Source: Escherichia phage vB_EcoM_P54. Taken from it: DNA of 64,000 nt. Each line of letters begins with the position of its first letter. Position 1 is the first letter of the stretch. Shown here piece by piece: positions 23,953 to 34,405 of the stretch. The DNA lies in the sequence record PV390658.1, one strand, 5' to 3'. The notes under the pieces were generated by a model. It had not been told where the DNA came from and searched no databases. It saw nothing but the letters and a program-made list of their open reading frames with translations. A program made the position numbers and the translations under genes.

Positions 23953-26097
23953 TTACATAGAAACCCTGTCACGAATCTCAGCAATTTTTGCATCATTCAT
24001 TCGGGATTCACCTTTAATCTTAGTCCACCCAAGATACCCACACACTCTGTTAATCACAGAGATGTCATGTGAATGGCAAACCTCACATTCTTCAACATCA
24101 GCCTTTGGTCTGTTACCACAATGTTCACAGATTGCTAAGTCAAAGTTAAGTCCCTGATAAAAACCTTTCAACATGCCTCTTGTAATACAACTTTTAAGTG
24201 CTGGTAAGTTTTCTGGGTTAGCTACCCTTACATACTGGATTCTGCCACCTCTACAGATATGGAAGAATGGCTCTTCTAAGTCCTGCTTCTCAAATGGTGA
24301 GATGTCTGCTGCAACATTCATATGGAAACTGTTTGTAAAATATTCCTTATCAGAAACGCCTTTGATAACGCCAAACATATCTCTGAACTGTTTTAGCTGA
24401 GTTCCACACAATGACTCTGCTGGAGTGCCATATACTGCATACAGGAAGCCATCTTCATTCTTAAACTCTTCAGTTTTCATGTTAATGTATGCCAGAACAT
24501 CGTATGCAAAACTAGAACTTCCAACTTCATGAAGTCGTTTACCTTCAGCAAGAACAGATAGTTCATCAAGCGCAGTAACCCCAAAAGAAGCTGTGAAGGA
24601 CTTCACGATATCCCAACCAACCTTGTCAGTAGGTTTCTTAGTCCCTTTGTACAGACCACCTTGTGTGAATGCAAGAGGGTTAGAACTTGCTGGCATATTA
24701 GCAATCATTTCGTAGCGTTTCTTGTGGAAGCTGCGAATCATCTCTAGGTACTTATCAAGCTCTTTCCAGAAATCTAAACCATTCTCTTTAGAATACTGGT
24801 AAATCATTGGCAAGTTCAAAGATACAGCACCAATGTTAGCACGTCCAACGTAGAACTCTTCTCCATTCTCGTTAAGATATGGGGATAAGAAAGCTCTGCA
24901 ACCCATCGGTGAAATTACCTTGCCAGAACGCTCAAAAGCCTCTGCTACAGCACCATGACCAGATACACTTAAGAAGTCTGGATACATTGCTTTAGAGCAA
25001 CACTCAATAGCTTTACTGTACAGTTGGCCTTGACAGATATTCTCATTGTGTCTCTTCTGGTCATGAATATAAACCAGTTTAGGGAATACAACAGGCTTCT
25101 TGCTCTTACCTTGTCCATTCATGCGAACATCAAGAATGGTGTTTGCAATCATGTATTGTAGTCGGTTGTCTTCATTAGACATGTCTGAGTCAAGTAAACC
25201 AAATGTTAAAGTTGTGAATGCGAAATCACCACGGCTACAAGGTACAGTGTTTAGCTTCATCTCTAGTGACTGGAAGCCCTGAGTTAATTCAAGCTGTAGC
25301 TGCTCCATGACATAATTATGGTAATGTTCTTTAGGAATACCGTAAGATGCTGCTTTCTCAGCATGATAGCGTAGAGACTTCTTAGCATACGGTACAAGCA
25401 CCTTATCAATCTCTGCTAAAGTAAAACCACCAAATTGCTGTGCAGTTGCTGAAAGAACTACATCACCGATAACTTGTAAGGCTGACAGTACAGACTTCGG
25501 TTCACAGTATTCGATGCCAGACATTTCAAAACCACCTTTCAGTACTTTACCAATGTCAAACAGGCAACAGTTGATACCACCAAAAATTAGGTCTCTTAAG
25601 TCATGGATGTAGATAAACCCTTTTTCAATGGCTTCGAGTTCCTCTGGTGTTAAATGGTATTGTTTAAAGATTTCTTTAGTCAGATAGCCACGAATAATTG
25701 AACCTTTTGTAGAAATTAAACTGCTGTCAAAGTTAGCATTTTCACGGTCACCTAAGAAGAGTGTGTCTTTAGTCTTTTGGTAAAGCTCATCCCAATTTTG
25801 AGCAACCTCTTTACGGTAATTTCTATATGTTGAGTAAGACTCATAAATCTCGTGATTGACTTCTGCCAAAGCACCCTCAACAATACTGTGAATGTCATTT
25901 ACCGAGATGAGCAAATTATTCTGCTTAGTGGACTTTACCAGAATCCTCATAAATGCTGACTCAAGAGCTTGGGTAACATCTGGTGGAAGTTCTTTATACC
26001 CAACCCTGTTAGCTGACTTAGTTACTGCTGCTAAAACTTTTTTGATATCAGGTTCTTCAAGTGAGCCATTCTTTTTAATAATCTGTACTTTGTTCAT
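23953..26097 (-). CDS. nrdD: anaerobic (class III) ribonucleotide reductase
   Basis: C-terminal glycyl-radical motif RVCGYLG; 714 aa; Cys-rich region CEHCGN...CEVC. Confidence 0.85.
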   Translation of the reverse strand: MNKVQIIKKNGSLEEPDIKKVLAAVTKSANRVGYKELPPDVTQALESAFMRILVKSTKQNNLLISVNDIHSIVEGALAEVNHEIYESYSTYRNYRKEVAQNWDELYQKTKDTLFLGDRENANFDSSLISTKGSIIRGYLTKEIFKQYHLTPEELEAIEKGFIYIHDLRDLIFGGINCCLFDIGKVLKGGFEMSGIEYCEPKSVLSALQVIGDVVLSATAQQFGGFTLAEIDKVLVPYAKKSLRYHAEKAASYGIPKEHYHNYVMEQLQLELTQGFQSLEMKLNTVPCSRGDFAFTTLTFGLLDSDMSNEDNRLQYMIANTILDVRMNGQGKSKKPVVFPKLVYIHDQKRHNENICQGQLYSKAIECCSKAMYPDFLSVSGHGAVAEAFERSGKVISPMGCRAFLSPYLNENGEEFYVGRANIGAVSLNLPMIYQYSKENGLDFWKELDKYLEMIRSFHKKRYEMIANMPASSNPLAFTQGGLYKGTKKPTDKVGWDIVKSFTASFGVTALDELSVLAEGKRLHEVGSSSFAYDVLAYINMKTEEFKNEDGFLYAVYGTPAESLCGTQLKQFRDMFGVIKGVSDKEYFTNSFHMNVAADISPFEKQDLEEPFFHICRGGRIQYVRVANPENLPALKSCITRGMLKGFYQGLNFDLAICEHCGNRPKADVEECEVCHSHDISVINRVCGYLGWTKIKGESRMNDAKIAEIRDRVSM

Positions 26098-26116
26098 TAT
26101 TGCCCCTTTACATGCT

Positions 26117-26137
26117 AAAAAGGTCTCCGAAGAGACC
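26117..26137 (-). terminator. rho-independent terminator
   Basis: A-run then GGTCTC-CGAA-GAGACC hairpin. Confidence 0.55.
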
Positions 26138-26145
26138 CTTTCATT

Positions 26146-26352
26146 TTAAATCTTTTTAGAAAACTTCGAAAAGAGTTCTCTTAGTTTTTCAGTGATGCCT
26201 AACTGTATCTCTAATATTTCAAAGATAACCCATATTAGCATGGCTCCAAACAATGAACCTTGTTCAAAATCAGCAAATAGGTTAATAACAAGCATACCAA
26301 TCACAATAACTGGTGCATCAACAACCAAACCTTCCCAAAGGCGTTTAAGCAT
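26146..26352 (-). CDS. small membrane protein (68 aa)
   Basis: Hydrophobic core VVDAPVIVIGMLVINLF. Confidence 0.45.
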   Translation of the reverse strand: MLKRLWEGLVVDAPVIVIGMLVINLFADFEQGSLFGAMLIWVIFEILEIQLGITEKLRELFSKFSKKI

Positions 26353-26587
26353 TGTTCACCTCTGACATAAAATTCTGTAGCGTTCCAACAGGTTCTAGGT
26401 TTTGACCATCAGTTTTCATGATGAGTGGCATCTGACGAACTGGCATCTGTGCAATATCCATCAGGTCTGACAGTTCATAATCCTGCCCTAACATTCTCAC
26501 AACATGGTCAATACCACGAGCTTTTGCAAAATTCTTTGCAGTCTCACACTGAGGGCATCCAGTTTTGGAGTAAATTACATAAGTCAT
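26345..26587 (-). CDS. glutaredoxin / NrdH-like redoxin (80 aa)
   Basis: CPQC active-site motif at residues 11-14; adjacent to nrdB. Confidence 0.7.
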   Translation of the reverse strand: MTYVIYSKTGCPQCETAKNFAKARGIDHVVRMLGQDYELSDLMDIAQMPVRQMPLIMKTDGQNLEPVGTLQNFMSEVNNA

Positions 26588-27660
26588 TAAGGAACCTCTA
26601 AAAATCCACTATTCAAATCATCTACAACAGTATTCAATAAATACGCACCGTTCTGTTGCTCCTGATTAGCATTCTGCTCTTTATCAATTTCCATCTTCTT
26701 AATCATATACTTCAAAGGTGGTTCTTTAGGAGCTACAAAATCTCTGGGAATGCCAAACATATCATACAGTGGGGCAGCATTATAGTAAACCCACTCATGA
26801 AGAAGCTTTGTATTTAATCCAACTACAGCGCGTCCTTCGGAGAAGATATAATACGACCATTTCTCTTCGCTTTCAACTACTTCATCTAAGATTACTTTAA
26901 TCTCTGGAAGAATTTGTTGGAAAGCTTTTTGCCACTCATCATCTCTTAAAGTTTCTTTTAAAACTTCAATATCAATTTTAGTGTGAAGGATTTCATCAAG
27001 CATAATTTTCTGGACAGCTTGAGCAATACCCTGAAATTTATCTTGAGCATCAAGTGCAAAAGTACATGCAAAGGATGCCATAAAGGATATACCTTCCAGT
27101 GCAGTCACTGCAAATAGACCTTTTAGAATCACTTTATGGAAGTGCAAAGGGTCTTTATCCAGAAGTGAGTCACGGACATAACTCAGTCGATAGTTTATGC
27201 CTTCATCTAGTAATTCTTCAAGAACACGATTCACAGTTTTTAATCGGTCTTGCACAGCAATATTCTGGTTAATCTCATCTAAGATTGTTTCAGGGTTTTT
27301 AATACATTGCCTTACAATCTCCGAGTAAGTGAGGGCATGTAGGTTTTCAATCTCAGACTGCTTCATAATTGCAGTTGCATAAATGTCATCAGAGATGAAT
27401 GGTGCAAAGGCAAACGCTAAACTTTTAGCAACTTGAGTATCTGCTTCCCATTGCCACTTAAGAATCTCAAGCATTACACCTGACATTGATGCTGGTACAC
27501 TCTCAAAATCAAGACGTGATTGTTCAAAAGGGAACTCATCTTCTGACCAGTCTTGTGCTTTTTGTTGTTTATATAGTTCAAAGATTTTTGGGTAGTGTTT
27601 ATTAAGTGAGTCGAATGTTTTTCTCTCACCACCTAAAAAGATTGGGTGTTGGTTAATCAT
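26587..27660 (-). CDS. nrdB: ribonucleotide reductase small subunit
   Basis: Size and position next to nrdA; start moved to ATG at 27660 (ATGA overlap, AGGAG SD). Confidence 0.8.
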   Translation of the reverse strand: MINQHPIFLGGERKTFDSLNKHYPKIFELYKQQKAQDWSEDEFPFEQSRLDFESVPASMSGVMLEILKWQWEADTQVAKSLAFAFAPFISDDIYATAIMKQSEIENLHALTYSEIVRQCIKNPETILDEINQNIAVQDRLKTVNRVLEELLDEGINYRLSYVRDSLLDKDPLHFHKVILKGLFAVTALEGISFMASFACTFALDAQDKFQGIAQAVQKIMLDEILHTKIDIEVLKETLRDDEWQKAFQQILPEIKVILDEVVESEEKWSYYIFSEGRAVVGLNTKLLHEWVYYNAAPLYDMFGIPRDFVAPKEPPLKYMIKKMEIDKEQNANQEQQNGAYLLNTVVDDLNSGFLEVP

Positions 27661-27914
27661 AGCGTGATTTCTCCTTTCTTTATCATCTCTAAGGCTTGTT
27701 TTCTGTCTAAAACTTCCCAATTTTCTTTGTTAAACATGTCATAAGGTCTTGCATAGATTTTACCATCTGCTGTAGAGATGTAAGAGACACCAGCGACCCA
27801 TGAGTCATCATTCTGTTTTATCATCATATCTGTGCTACTCACATAGTACAGCGTTTTCCGAGGTTTGTGGAGCAAGTATATGGGTCTCTCATGTTTTTCT
27901 ATTAAGTCTTTCAT
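27657..27914 (-). CDS. hypothetical protein (about 85 aa)
   Basis: ATG at 27914 with GGAG SD; the longer ORF-track start 27998 lacks an SD. Confidence 0.45.
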   Translation of the reverse strand: MKDLIEKHERPIYLLHKPRKTLYYVSSTDMMIKQNDDSWVAGVSYISTADGKIYARPYDMFNKENWEVLDRKQALEMIKKGEITL

Positions 27915-27969
27915 AGTTTCTCCAAAGTTAATTTTAGAGGGTCTTTTACGACCCTCGTAGTTATTAAAA

Positions 27970-30204
27970 CTAAACACCACAACCCTCGCAATAAGCATCT
28001 TGCAGTGCAGATTTACCTACACCAATGCGGCTGTTGAGATAGTACATGGTTTTCATACCTACTGAGTTGGCATAAATCATATACTTCAAAGCTTGAGCCA
28101 ATGATACCTTCTTAGCTTTTGCGTAGTCAACATAGAAATCTGAAGAGATAGCTTGACCAGTGAACTTTTGAACAATTGCATAACAATCAATCAGGTCAAA
28201 GGTGTCAATATCCCAAGCAATTTCATAGACATACTTCAACTCTTCATAATCTGGAACAATAAACAGTACGTTACCAGTTGCAGACTTTTTAGTTAAAATA
28301 AAGTCACGAATTGGATACAAGCCATTTGTCGTATTAGTTGCCAGTGAAGAACTCTCATTAGGCATGTAAGCTTCTAATACAGAGTTACGGATTCCACCAT
28401 TTTCTTTAATACGTTGTGCTAAGTCATCCCAATCATAACGAAGTTTTGCATCATGCTTCTCATCAATCTTCCTGTTAGCTGTCTTCGGAGGAACCCAACC
28501 TTCAGGATACTTAGTGAACTGCATATACTCAGGTACACCACGTTCTTTAGCAAGTCTTAAAGAAGCTTCGTGTAAGTAGTAAGAGTGCATTTCAGCAAGC
28601 TCATGAAGCTTCGTCTTACCTGCTCTTGAAGAATAGTTCACGTAATTTTTTGCAAGGTAATGAGCCACATTTGTAAGGCCAATACCAACAGAACGACGCT
28701 TCTGAACATGGTTGCGCATCGACGGATACGGATAATCCATAAGGTCAATAACGGAGTCAACCATTGCAAGAGCATAATAAGCAACGTCAGCGTATTCATC
28801 TTCTGAAATTCTCCCTGCAACCAAACTAGCTAGGAAGCAAAGAGCTACCTCACCATCCTCTTTCACAGCATCATCTCTGTAAAGGTCTGTCTCTTTCTCA
28901 AAGCCGTACACTGGCAACACAATTTCCATACAAAGATTTGACATCTTCAAAGGTTCTTTAAATGGTGTATGTGTGTTTGCATTATTTGTGAAGAATGGGT
29001 ACACACGTCCTGTTGCATAACGCTGCTGGATAAACAGTTTAGCAATTTCACGAGCCTTCACCCGTCTGTGCTTCACACCTGAATGCACTGCATGACCAAC
29101 TGCCATAGCAAACTCATCAGCAGATGCTGTGTAGAACATGTCATAGAGTTTTGGTGCATCCTTGTAAGAGAATAGCAACCAGTCTGTATCATATTGAACA
29201 CACTGCCAGAAATAATCATTTGTACCAAATGAGTAGTCCATCTCGTTAATACGTTTCGAAGGAACCGTTGTAGGGTGCTTCAAACGCAGTAAATCTTCAA
29301 TCTGCGGGTCTAGAGCGGTGTAGAAGTTGTTAGCTGAACCACCACGGCTCTTTTGTTTGTTTGCCTCTACAGATGAACGTACAAGCTTGTAATAAGGTAG
29401 TTTACCCATATGCTCAATAGTATTTTGACGGATACCATCACCAATAGTGCGAGTCTCCATCAGCATCCCAATACCAGCTTGCTTTGTAGTCATATCATAA
29501 GCAACCTTTGCAGCAATACCTAGAGATTCAGCAGTATCATTCGCCTTAATCAAACAGCATGACGCATAACCTGATTTAGTAGCTCTTAAACCATTCAGAT
29601 AAGGCGTAGGAGCATTAATCTTAAGGTCAGATAGGTAAGTGTATAGCTTGATAACATCTTGCAGTCTACGGTGCTTTGGTTGCTTCTCAAAGGCTTTCAT
29701 AGCCATACCCATAAACATAAACTGTGGTGACTCAAAAAGTCTTCCCGTTTTAATATCACGGATACCATACTTGTCTCTGAACTGTTTCAGGACTGCATAA
29801 CCATAAGAGATATCTTTTGAGTGCACAATGTATCCTTGCAGGTATTCAAGCTCTTCCTGAGAATAGTCCATCTTCTCCCAAAGTCCTGCTCTCTCCATAT
29901 TTTTAACGAAGGTAACCAGCGTAGGAACCTTAGTAAAGCCTCCAAAGGCTTCTTTGTAGATAATCCCTAGAAGTAGCCGTCCAGCCATGTCTGAGTACTC
30001 TTGAGTTTGTTTATCAACACAAACATCAATCATAGCTTGGTGCATCTCTTTTGTAGTGCAACCTTCATAGACACGTTTCATGGCTTCCATAGTGACTTCT
30101 GACCAAATAATACCACGCTTATCTGCCCATGATGCCCACTTATTCAGTCTTTCTGGGTCAAAGCTTACTACTGTACCGTTTGATTTTTTAATTGTCTTAA
30201 TCAT
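27970..30204 (-). CDS. nrdA: ribonucleotide reductase large subunit
   Basis: 744 aa; active-site SNLCMEIVLP (compare NrdA SNLCLEI); N-terminal ATP-cone-like region. Confidence 0.9.
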   Translation of the reverse strand: MIKTIKKSNGTVVSFDPERLNKWASWADKRGIIWSEVTMEAMKRVYEGCTTKEMHQAMIDVCVDKQTQEYSDMAGRLLLGIIYKEAFGGFTKVPTLVTFVKNMERAGLWEKMDYSQEELEYLQGYIVHSKDISYGYAVLKQFRDKYGIRDIKTGRLFESPQFMFMGMAMKAFEKQPKHRRLQDVIKLYTYLSDLKINAPTPYLNGLRATKSGYASCCLIKANDTAESLGIAAKVAYDMTTKQAGIGMLMETRTIGDGIRQNTIEHMGKLPYYKLVRSSVEANKQKSRGGSANNFYTALDPQIEDLLRLKHPTTVPSKRINEMDYSFGTNDYFWQCVQYDTDWLLFSYKDAPKLYDMFYTASADEFAMAVGHAVHSGVKHRRVKAREIAKLFIQQRYATGRVYPFFTNNANTHTPFKEPLKMSNLCMEIVLPVYGFEKETDLYRDDAVKEDGEVALCFLASLVAGRISEDEYADVAYYALAMVDSVIDLMDYPYPSMRNHVQKRRSVGIGLTNVAHYLAKNYVNYSSRAGKTKLHELAEMHSYYLHEASLRLAKERGVPEYMQFTKYPEGWVPPKTANRKIDEKHDAKLRYDWDDLAQRIKENGGIRNSVLEAYMPNESSSLATNTTNGLYPIRDFILTKKSATGNVLFIVPDYEELKYVYEIAWDIDTFDLIDCYAIVQKFTGQAISSDFYVDYAKAKKVSLAQALKYMIYANSVGMKTMYYLNSRIGVGKSALQDAYCEGCGV

Positions 30205-30222
30205 TTTTAAATCCTACAGGTG

Positions 30223-30244
30223 AAAAGAGCCTCCGAAGAGGCTC
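30223..30244 (-). terminator. rho-independent terminator
   Basis: A-run then GAGCCTC-CGAA-GAGGCTC hairpin. Confidence 0.55.
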
Positions 30245-30250
30245 CCTAGT

Positions 30251-30589
30251 TTAAATCTTGAAAATTTGCTCATTCTGCCACATATCGTAAAACTTATCAC
30301 TTACTTTTGTGACTGAAGAAGTGTGCATACAATTCAGGAAGAACCATGATGATGTATTATTCTCCATAAGTGTTTCAAGTTTTTGTGTAACGTTCACATC
30401 CATGTCTGCAACAACGTAATTACCTCGCATCTTGCAAACAATTCTTCCAAACAAGATTGCACTTCTGCCTCTTCGGTCATCACAGTACATAACTGTGTCT
30501 CCGTGCTTAACGTCTTGTCCGATACTGTCAACACCTAACTTAGCACCTGAGATAATGTCATCATAAGATAACTTTTTTGCTTTAGACAC
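30251..30589 (-). CDS. hypothetical protein (112 aa)
   Basis: ORF from the track. Confidence 0.5.
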   Translation of the reverse strand: MSKAKKLSYDDIISGAKLGVDSIGQDVKHGDTVMYCDDRRGRSAILFGRIVCKMRGNYVVADMDVNVTQKLETLMENNTSSWFFLNCMHTSSVTKVSDKFYDMWQNEQIFKI

Positions 30590-30914
30590 GGTATTTCTCC
30601 AAGTTTCTTTTTAGATATAACCAACCATAGTCAGTTCTTTCTACACCCATGAAGAGTGGAGCCATCACAACTTTCCCAAAAGTATTTCTGTGTAGGCAGA
30701 TTTCAAAGGAATACTCTTTCTCGATATCAATCCCATATTTGTACAGGACTGCTTTTAAAACTTGTTCATTATCCAGAAGTGTATCTGGAGTCTCACCATA
30801 CTTCTCAAGTAACGGGTCATACATAAACACCGTCATAGAGATATTGTAGTTTGAGAAGTGGCTCTTCTGAGCCACACCTTCTTTATTAATGTTCTGTGAA
30901 TCCATTATAACCAA
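30582..30914 (-). CDS. hypothetical protein (110 aa)
   Basis: ORF from the track. Confidence 0.5.
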   Translation of the reverse strand: MVIMDSQNINKEGVAQKSHFSNYNISMTVFMYDPLLEKYGETPDTLLDNEQVLKAVLYKYGIDIEKEYSFEICLHRNTFGKVVMAPLFMGVERTDYGWLYLKRNLEKYRV

Positions 30915-31641
30915 CCCCTTTTAACCAGCACTTCAGGTTATTAGCATCATAATTCAGTTTCGGGTATGAGGTTACATGGAACTGCTCACCATCATAGTAG
31001 ACAATATCTGCAATCCATAGCCCATTCTCTTTACAGAAATCTTTATCTGCTTTAGAGGTAATTGGATTAACTTCTACAAAACCATCTACACCCAAATCCT
31101 TTAAGCTACCTACAATACCTTTGCAGATAACGCATGTCTCAGATACTACCACAAAAAGTTCTTGGCTTTCAAGCTCTACAATGTATTCACCAAGCTGTAC
31201 TTTAGGGAGATTTGATTGCTTCATAATCTTCCCATCTGCTGCACGGACAATTGCATACCATTCTTTACCATCAACTACTGACATTCTGATGATACACTCT
31301 TGACCAGTACGCTTCTCAATATCTGCAAGACGTTTTAAAGCTTCTTCATAGTCGTCTGTGTACTTTAGGTCATTATTATGGCAAACAGCTTCCATAGCGC
31401 CATTGTGGTCATGTTGTGACAGATAAATTAGACCGTCAAGAACATATTGCAAATCTGCCTGAGCATCCAGTGTCTCAATGGGGTCTTTCTCTTCAATTGC
31501 TTTTACAAGCTCTTTTGCTTCTTCAAGCATACACAGAGACTGGGATTTCAAAGATTCCCAATACTCATCACTGTAAGGTTGCTTTTGGGTGTTTCCGCAA
31601 CGAAGATTCCAGTTTTTTACTGATTCTCTTGAGTTAAACAT
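30886..31641 (-). CDS. MazG-like nucleotide pyrophosphohydrolase domain protein (251 aa), tentative
   Basis: LEEAKELVKAIEEKD...DAQADLQYVLDGL resembles the MazG EExxEL...D helical motif. Confidence 0.35.
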   Translation of the reverse strand: MFNSRESVKNWNLRCGNTQKQPYSDEYWESLKSQSLCMLEEAKELVKAIEEKDPIETLDAQADLQYVLDGLIYLSQHDHNGAMEAVCHNNDLKYTDDYEEALKRLADIEKRTGQECIIRMSVVDGKEWYAIVRAADGKIMKQSNLPKVQLGEYIVELESQELFVVVSETCVICKGIVGSLKDLGVDGFVEVNPITSKADKDFCKENGLWIADIVYYDGEQFHVTSYPKLNYDANNLKCWLKGVGYNGFTEH

Positions 31642-31879
31642 TCGGACTCCTTAAAAATCTGTTAACTTTTAGCTCTCGTGTTTCAATATATTCCAGATGC
31701 TCACGTAACTCTTGACGTTTAAGCATTAGGTGCTGCATTTGAGATTCAACAGCTTCAACTTCTTTAATTATTGACTCTCTGGCATTTGCAAGAATGCGCT
31801 CAAGTTCTTCAATCTTGCTGTCAACCTTTGCTACATGACTCACAGCTTTACTTTTGTTAAACATTTTATTCTCTCTCAA
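31634..31879 (-). CDS. hypothetical coiled-coil protein (81 aa)
   Basis: ORF from the track. Confidence 0.45.
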   Translation of the reverse strand: MRENKMFNKSKAVSHVAKVDSKIEELERILANARESIIKEVEAVESQMQHLMLKRQELREHLEYIETRELKVNRFLRSPNV

Positions 31880-31885
31880 TAGTTA

Positions 31886-32383
31886 TCAAGCACAATTTGC
31901 TTTCATTACCTTATGGATTCTTTTTTCAGCATCTTCATAAGTTTCTTTAGTGATAAACTTAATTGCTGCAATATTGGCATTGTAGAAGAGTCTGAGCTTA
32001 GAGTCAATCCTTTTTGTCATTACATCGAATTTATGTTGAAGGTTTGCTTCGCCATAAACTAGACCGCCTTTTGTGTAGTAGGTTTGAATAATGTAAAAGT
32101 CAAAAAATTCTTTTCCAAAGCTCTCAATATCTTTTTTAATATACTCAGAAGAAGTCTCATAAGTCATCCAATCACTCTCCTTAGTGACTACCTTCTTCCG
32201 AGTCTTACCAGCAACTTTTCTTTTGGTCACGCTATTAAGCTGTTTCTTTCCAATATAATATTGTCCGGTTTTCTTACAGTATACTAAATAGACAAAACCA
32301 AAATGTTTAGCGGGGTCAACTTCCCCGCATAAAGATATCCAATGACCATAGGTAGGACAATTGCCAAATCCTTTAATCTTCAT
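31886..32383 (-). CDS. GIY-YIG nuclease domain protein (165 aa)
   Basis: GFVYLVY...GQYYIGKK matches the GIY-x10-YIG motif. Confidence 0.55.
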   Translation of the reverse strand: MKIKGFGNCPTYGHWISLCGEVDPAKHFGFVYLVYCKKTGQYYIGKKQLNSVTKRKVAGKTRKKVVTKESDWMTYETSSEYIKKDIESFGKEFFDFYIIQTYYTKGGLVYGEANLQHKFDVMTKRIDSKLRLFYNANIAAIKFITKETYEDAEKRIHKVMKANCA

Positions 32384-33413
32384 TCATACACGGCTCCCAA
32401 TTATATTTCTTAAAAGAGAAATTATCTTTTGGATTTCTCTCTTGATATGCTATCCAGAAATGCTGTTCCATTAACTCTAATGGCGTTTTGGTAACAGTCT
32501 GTCCATCCCATGACACATAGGTATAAGAGTCTTTTTTAGCATAGAGTTCATAGATAGCATCAAGGCACTCTTTATATGTCTCTTTACCATCTAAAGCATT
32601 CATTACAGCTACTTTGCCAGCACCTTTAAGGCCGAAGTAGTTGTCTGCATTATCTCCAGCAACAGCCTGATAACACAAGAATTTAAAACCTACACCAACT
32701 GTTTTTGCAGCTTTTGGTTTTGATTTGATAGGACAATCCCAGATATCACCAACATTATTGTCAGCAATAAAAATTAGTGGTGACTTTTCATAAGTCATAT
32801 CAATACAATAAGTCCCTTCAGCTTGTCGAAGGTCTTTGTCAATACTCATAAGAGCAGCTTTTTTACCCATCTTTTCAGCTTTAGCAATTACGATTGAATC
32901 AGCTTCGAATCCACCCTTTAAGAGTTTGAACTCTGGTCTGGATAAAAGATATTCACGACAAGCGACTAAATGTGTTGGTGTGACAGCATCTTTACGGTTA
33001 CCTTGATATTGGTGCTCAAGACCTTTAACGTCTTTATGTTTATGTACACCTTTCTCTGTTAAGTAACCTACCCAAGTTCTTTCTTTGCCAACAATCTTAA
33101 GCCATTCCTGAAGAACCTGCTGAGTAGCCATGATAGCTTCTTTTTCACTCTTAGCTTCTTTCCAAGTCTGTCTTTCCCATTCATCTTCATCAAATGCTAG
33201 GCCAAGCTCTTCTACAAGGGTTCTCTGGTCTGCTAACCATCTTGCAGCATCTTTTGCGTTATCAAATGATTCAGATTCTTCTGCTGTGAGCTTATTGACA
33301 TATTTATATTTTGCTTTCTCAACTACACAAGCACCTTTATAGGCAATACTGTCAGAGTCAATAAAGACATGTGTAACTGAATCGGGAAGTTTTTTTAATG
33401 TGTACTTCTCCAT
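32373..33413 (-). CDS. 5-prime to 3-prime exonuclease / RNase H (FEN family)
   Basis: THVFIDSDSIAYKG, GFEADSIVIAKA and LMSIDKDLRQ resemble T4 RNase H motifs (ICLIDFSQIA, YEADDHIA, IISSDGDFTQL). Confidence 0.6.
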   Translation of the reverse strand: MEKYTLKKLPDSVTHVFIDSDSIAYKGACVVEKAKYKYVNKLTAEESESFDNAKDAARWLADQRTLVEELGLAFDEDEWERQTWKEAKSEKEAIMATQQVLQEWLKIVGKERTWVGYLTEKGVHKHKDVKGLEHQYQGNRKDAVTPTHLVACREYLLSRPEFKLLKGGFEADSIVIAKAEKMGKKAALMSIDKDLRQAEGTYCIDMTYEKSPLIFIADNNVGDIWDCPIKSKPKAAKTVGVGFKFLCYQAVAGDNADNYFGLKGAGKVAVMNALDGKETYKECLDAIYELYAKKDSYTYVSWDGQTVTKTPLELMEQHFWIAYQERNPKDNFSFKKYNWEPCMNED

Positions 33414-33428
33414 TGTGACTCTCCATAT

Positions 33429-33457
33429 GAAAAAGCCCCATACTAAGTACAGGGCTT
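33429..33457 (-). terminator. rho-independent terminator
   Basis: A-run then AAGCCC-loop-GGGCTT hairpin. Confidence 0.45.
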
Positions 33458-33475
33458 TAAAGTAACTTTTAGAGA

Positions 33476-34333
33476 TTAGTCTTCTGTATCGAAGTCTTCA
33501 TCTTCTTCGTCATCTGGGTCTGGCAAGTCTTCATCGTCACCATCATCAGAATCATTCGAAGGTTTGTGGTCTTTTGCGTCTTCTTCAGTGATTTCACCAT
33601 TATCTTCAACACCATCAAGACCAAGCATAGCCAGTTCGTCTTCATCCAGTTCAGGTTCACCGTTAGCACCGTTACCACCAGTGTAAGGTACAAGGGTGTC
33701 AATGATAAACTGTTCCTGAATAGGTTTTGTCAGAACATTGTTCTCAAAAGTGTAGAAGTGAGTAGAAAGAATCACACTACCAAAAGAACCGTTACCAACT
33801 GCAATATCTGGATGAATTACATCATAGTTCTTGTCATCTTCATGTTTATCGGATGCTTGAGCTTTGATTTTCTTCATCGGCTGTTTAACAGCTACACGTT
33901 TACCATTTACTTCTTCAATCAGCATTACAGGGAATGACTGTTTAGCTGTCCACACAGCACCATCTTTATAAGCTGCTGCACGACTTACTTTCAAGATGTA
34001 GTAAGTGTCTGCTTCAAATGGTGGTTTGCAACCAAACTTCTCTTCGAAGTCATCTGCATCAACCGCTTCAGTAGTAACTTTATCCCAACCTTCTGGGTTT
34101 TTCTTAGACTTAGTGAACTCTTTAAACAGTTTGTTACCATCTTCTGCCAGAATTGAAACACTGTAGTTGCAGTCTTTGCCTGGGAATTTCTTATCAATGG
34201 ATTTACCTTTTCCCGGACGTGGTGAAGTGTTCAGGTAATAAAACCAGACATCTTTCAGAAGGTAACGCAGAGTTTGACGTTCAGTACCATTGTACTTCTC
34301 TACCGGAGCTTTCATTTTAACAACTTTAGACAT
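33476..34333 (-). CDS. putative single-stranded DNA-binding protein (285 aa)
   Basis: Strongly acidic C-terminal tail ending DEDFDTED (as in T7 gp2.5 / SSB tails); lies between the exonuclease and primase-helicase. Confidence 0.4.
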   Translation of the reverse strand: MSKVVKMKAPVEKYNGTERQTLRYLLKDVWFYYLNTSPRPGKGKSIDKKFPGKDCNYSVSILAEDGNKLFKEFTKSKKNPEGWDKVTTEAVDADDFEEKFGCKPPFEADTYYILKVSRAAAYKDGAVWTAKQSFPVMLIEEVNGKRVAVKQPMKKIKAQASDKHEDDKNYDVIHPDIAVGNGSFGSVILSTHFYTFENNVLTKPIQEQFIIDTLVPYTGGNGANGEPELDEDELAMLGLDGVEDNGEITEEDAKDHKPSNDSDDGDDEDLPDPDDEEDEDFDTED

Positions 34334-34405
34334 TATTTAAACCTCTATCTCAATTTATGAAGAGTACCAATTCTAATTTGTTGATACTCTATTGTCAAAC
34401 ATTAA

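Noticed and set aside
33469-34197. ORFs 33469..33702 (-), 33566..33937 (+) and 33991..34197 (-) overlapping the putative SSB gene
   Set aside because: Alternative frames of the same region; the 285-aa frame with the acidic tail and upstream terminator context is the coherent gene.
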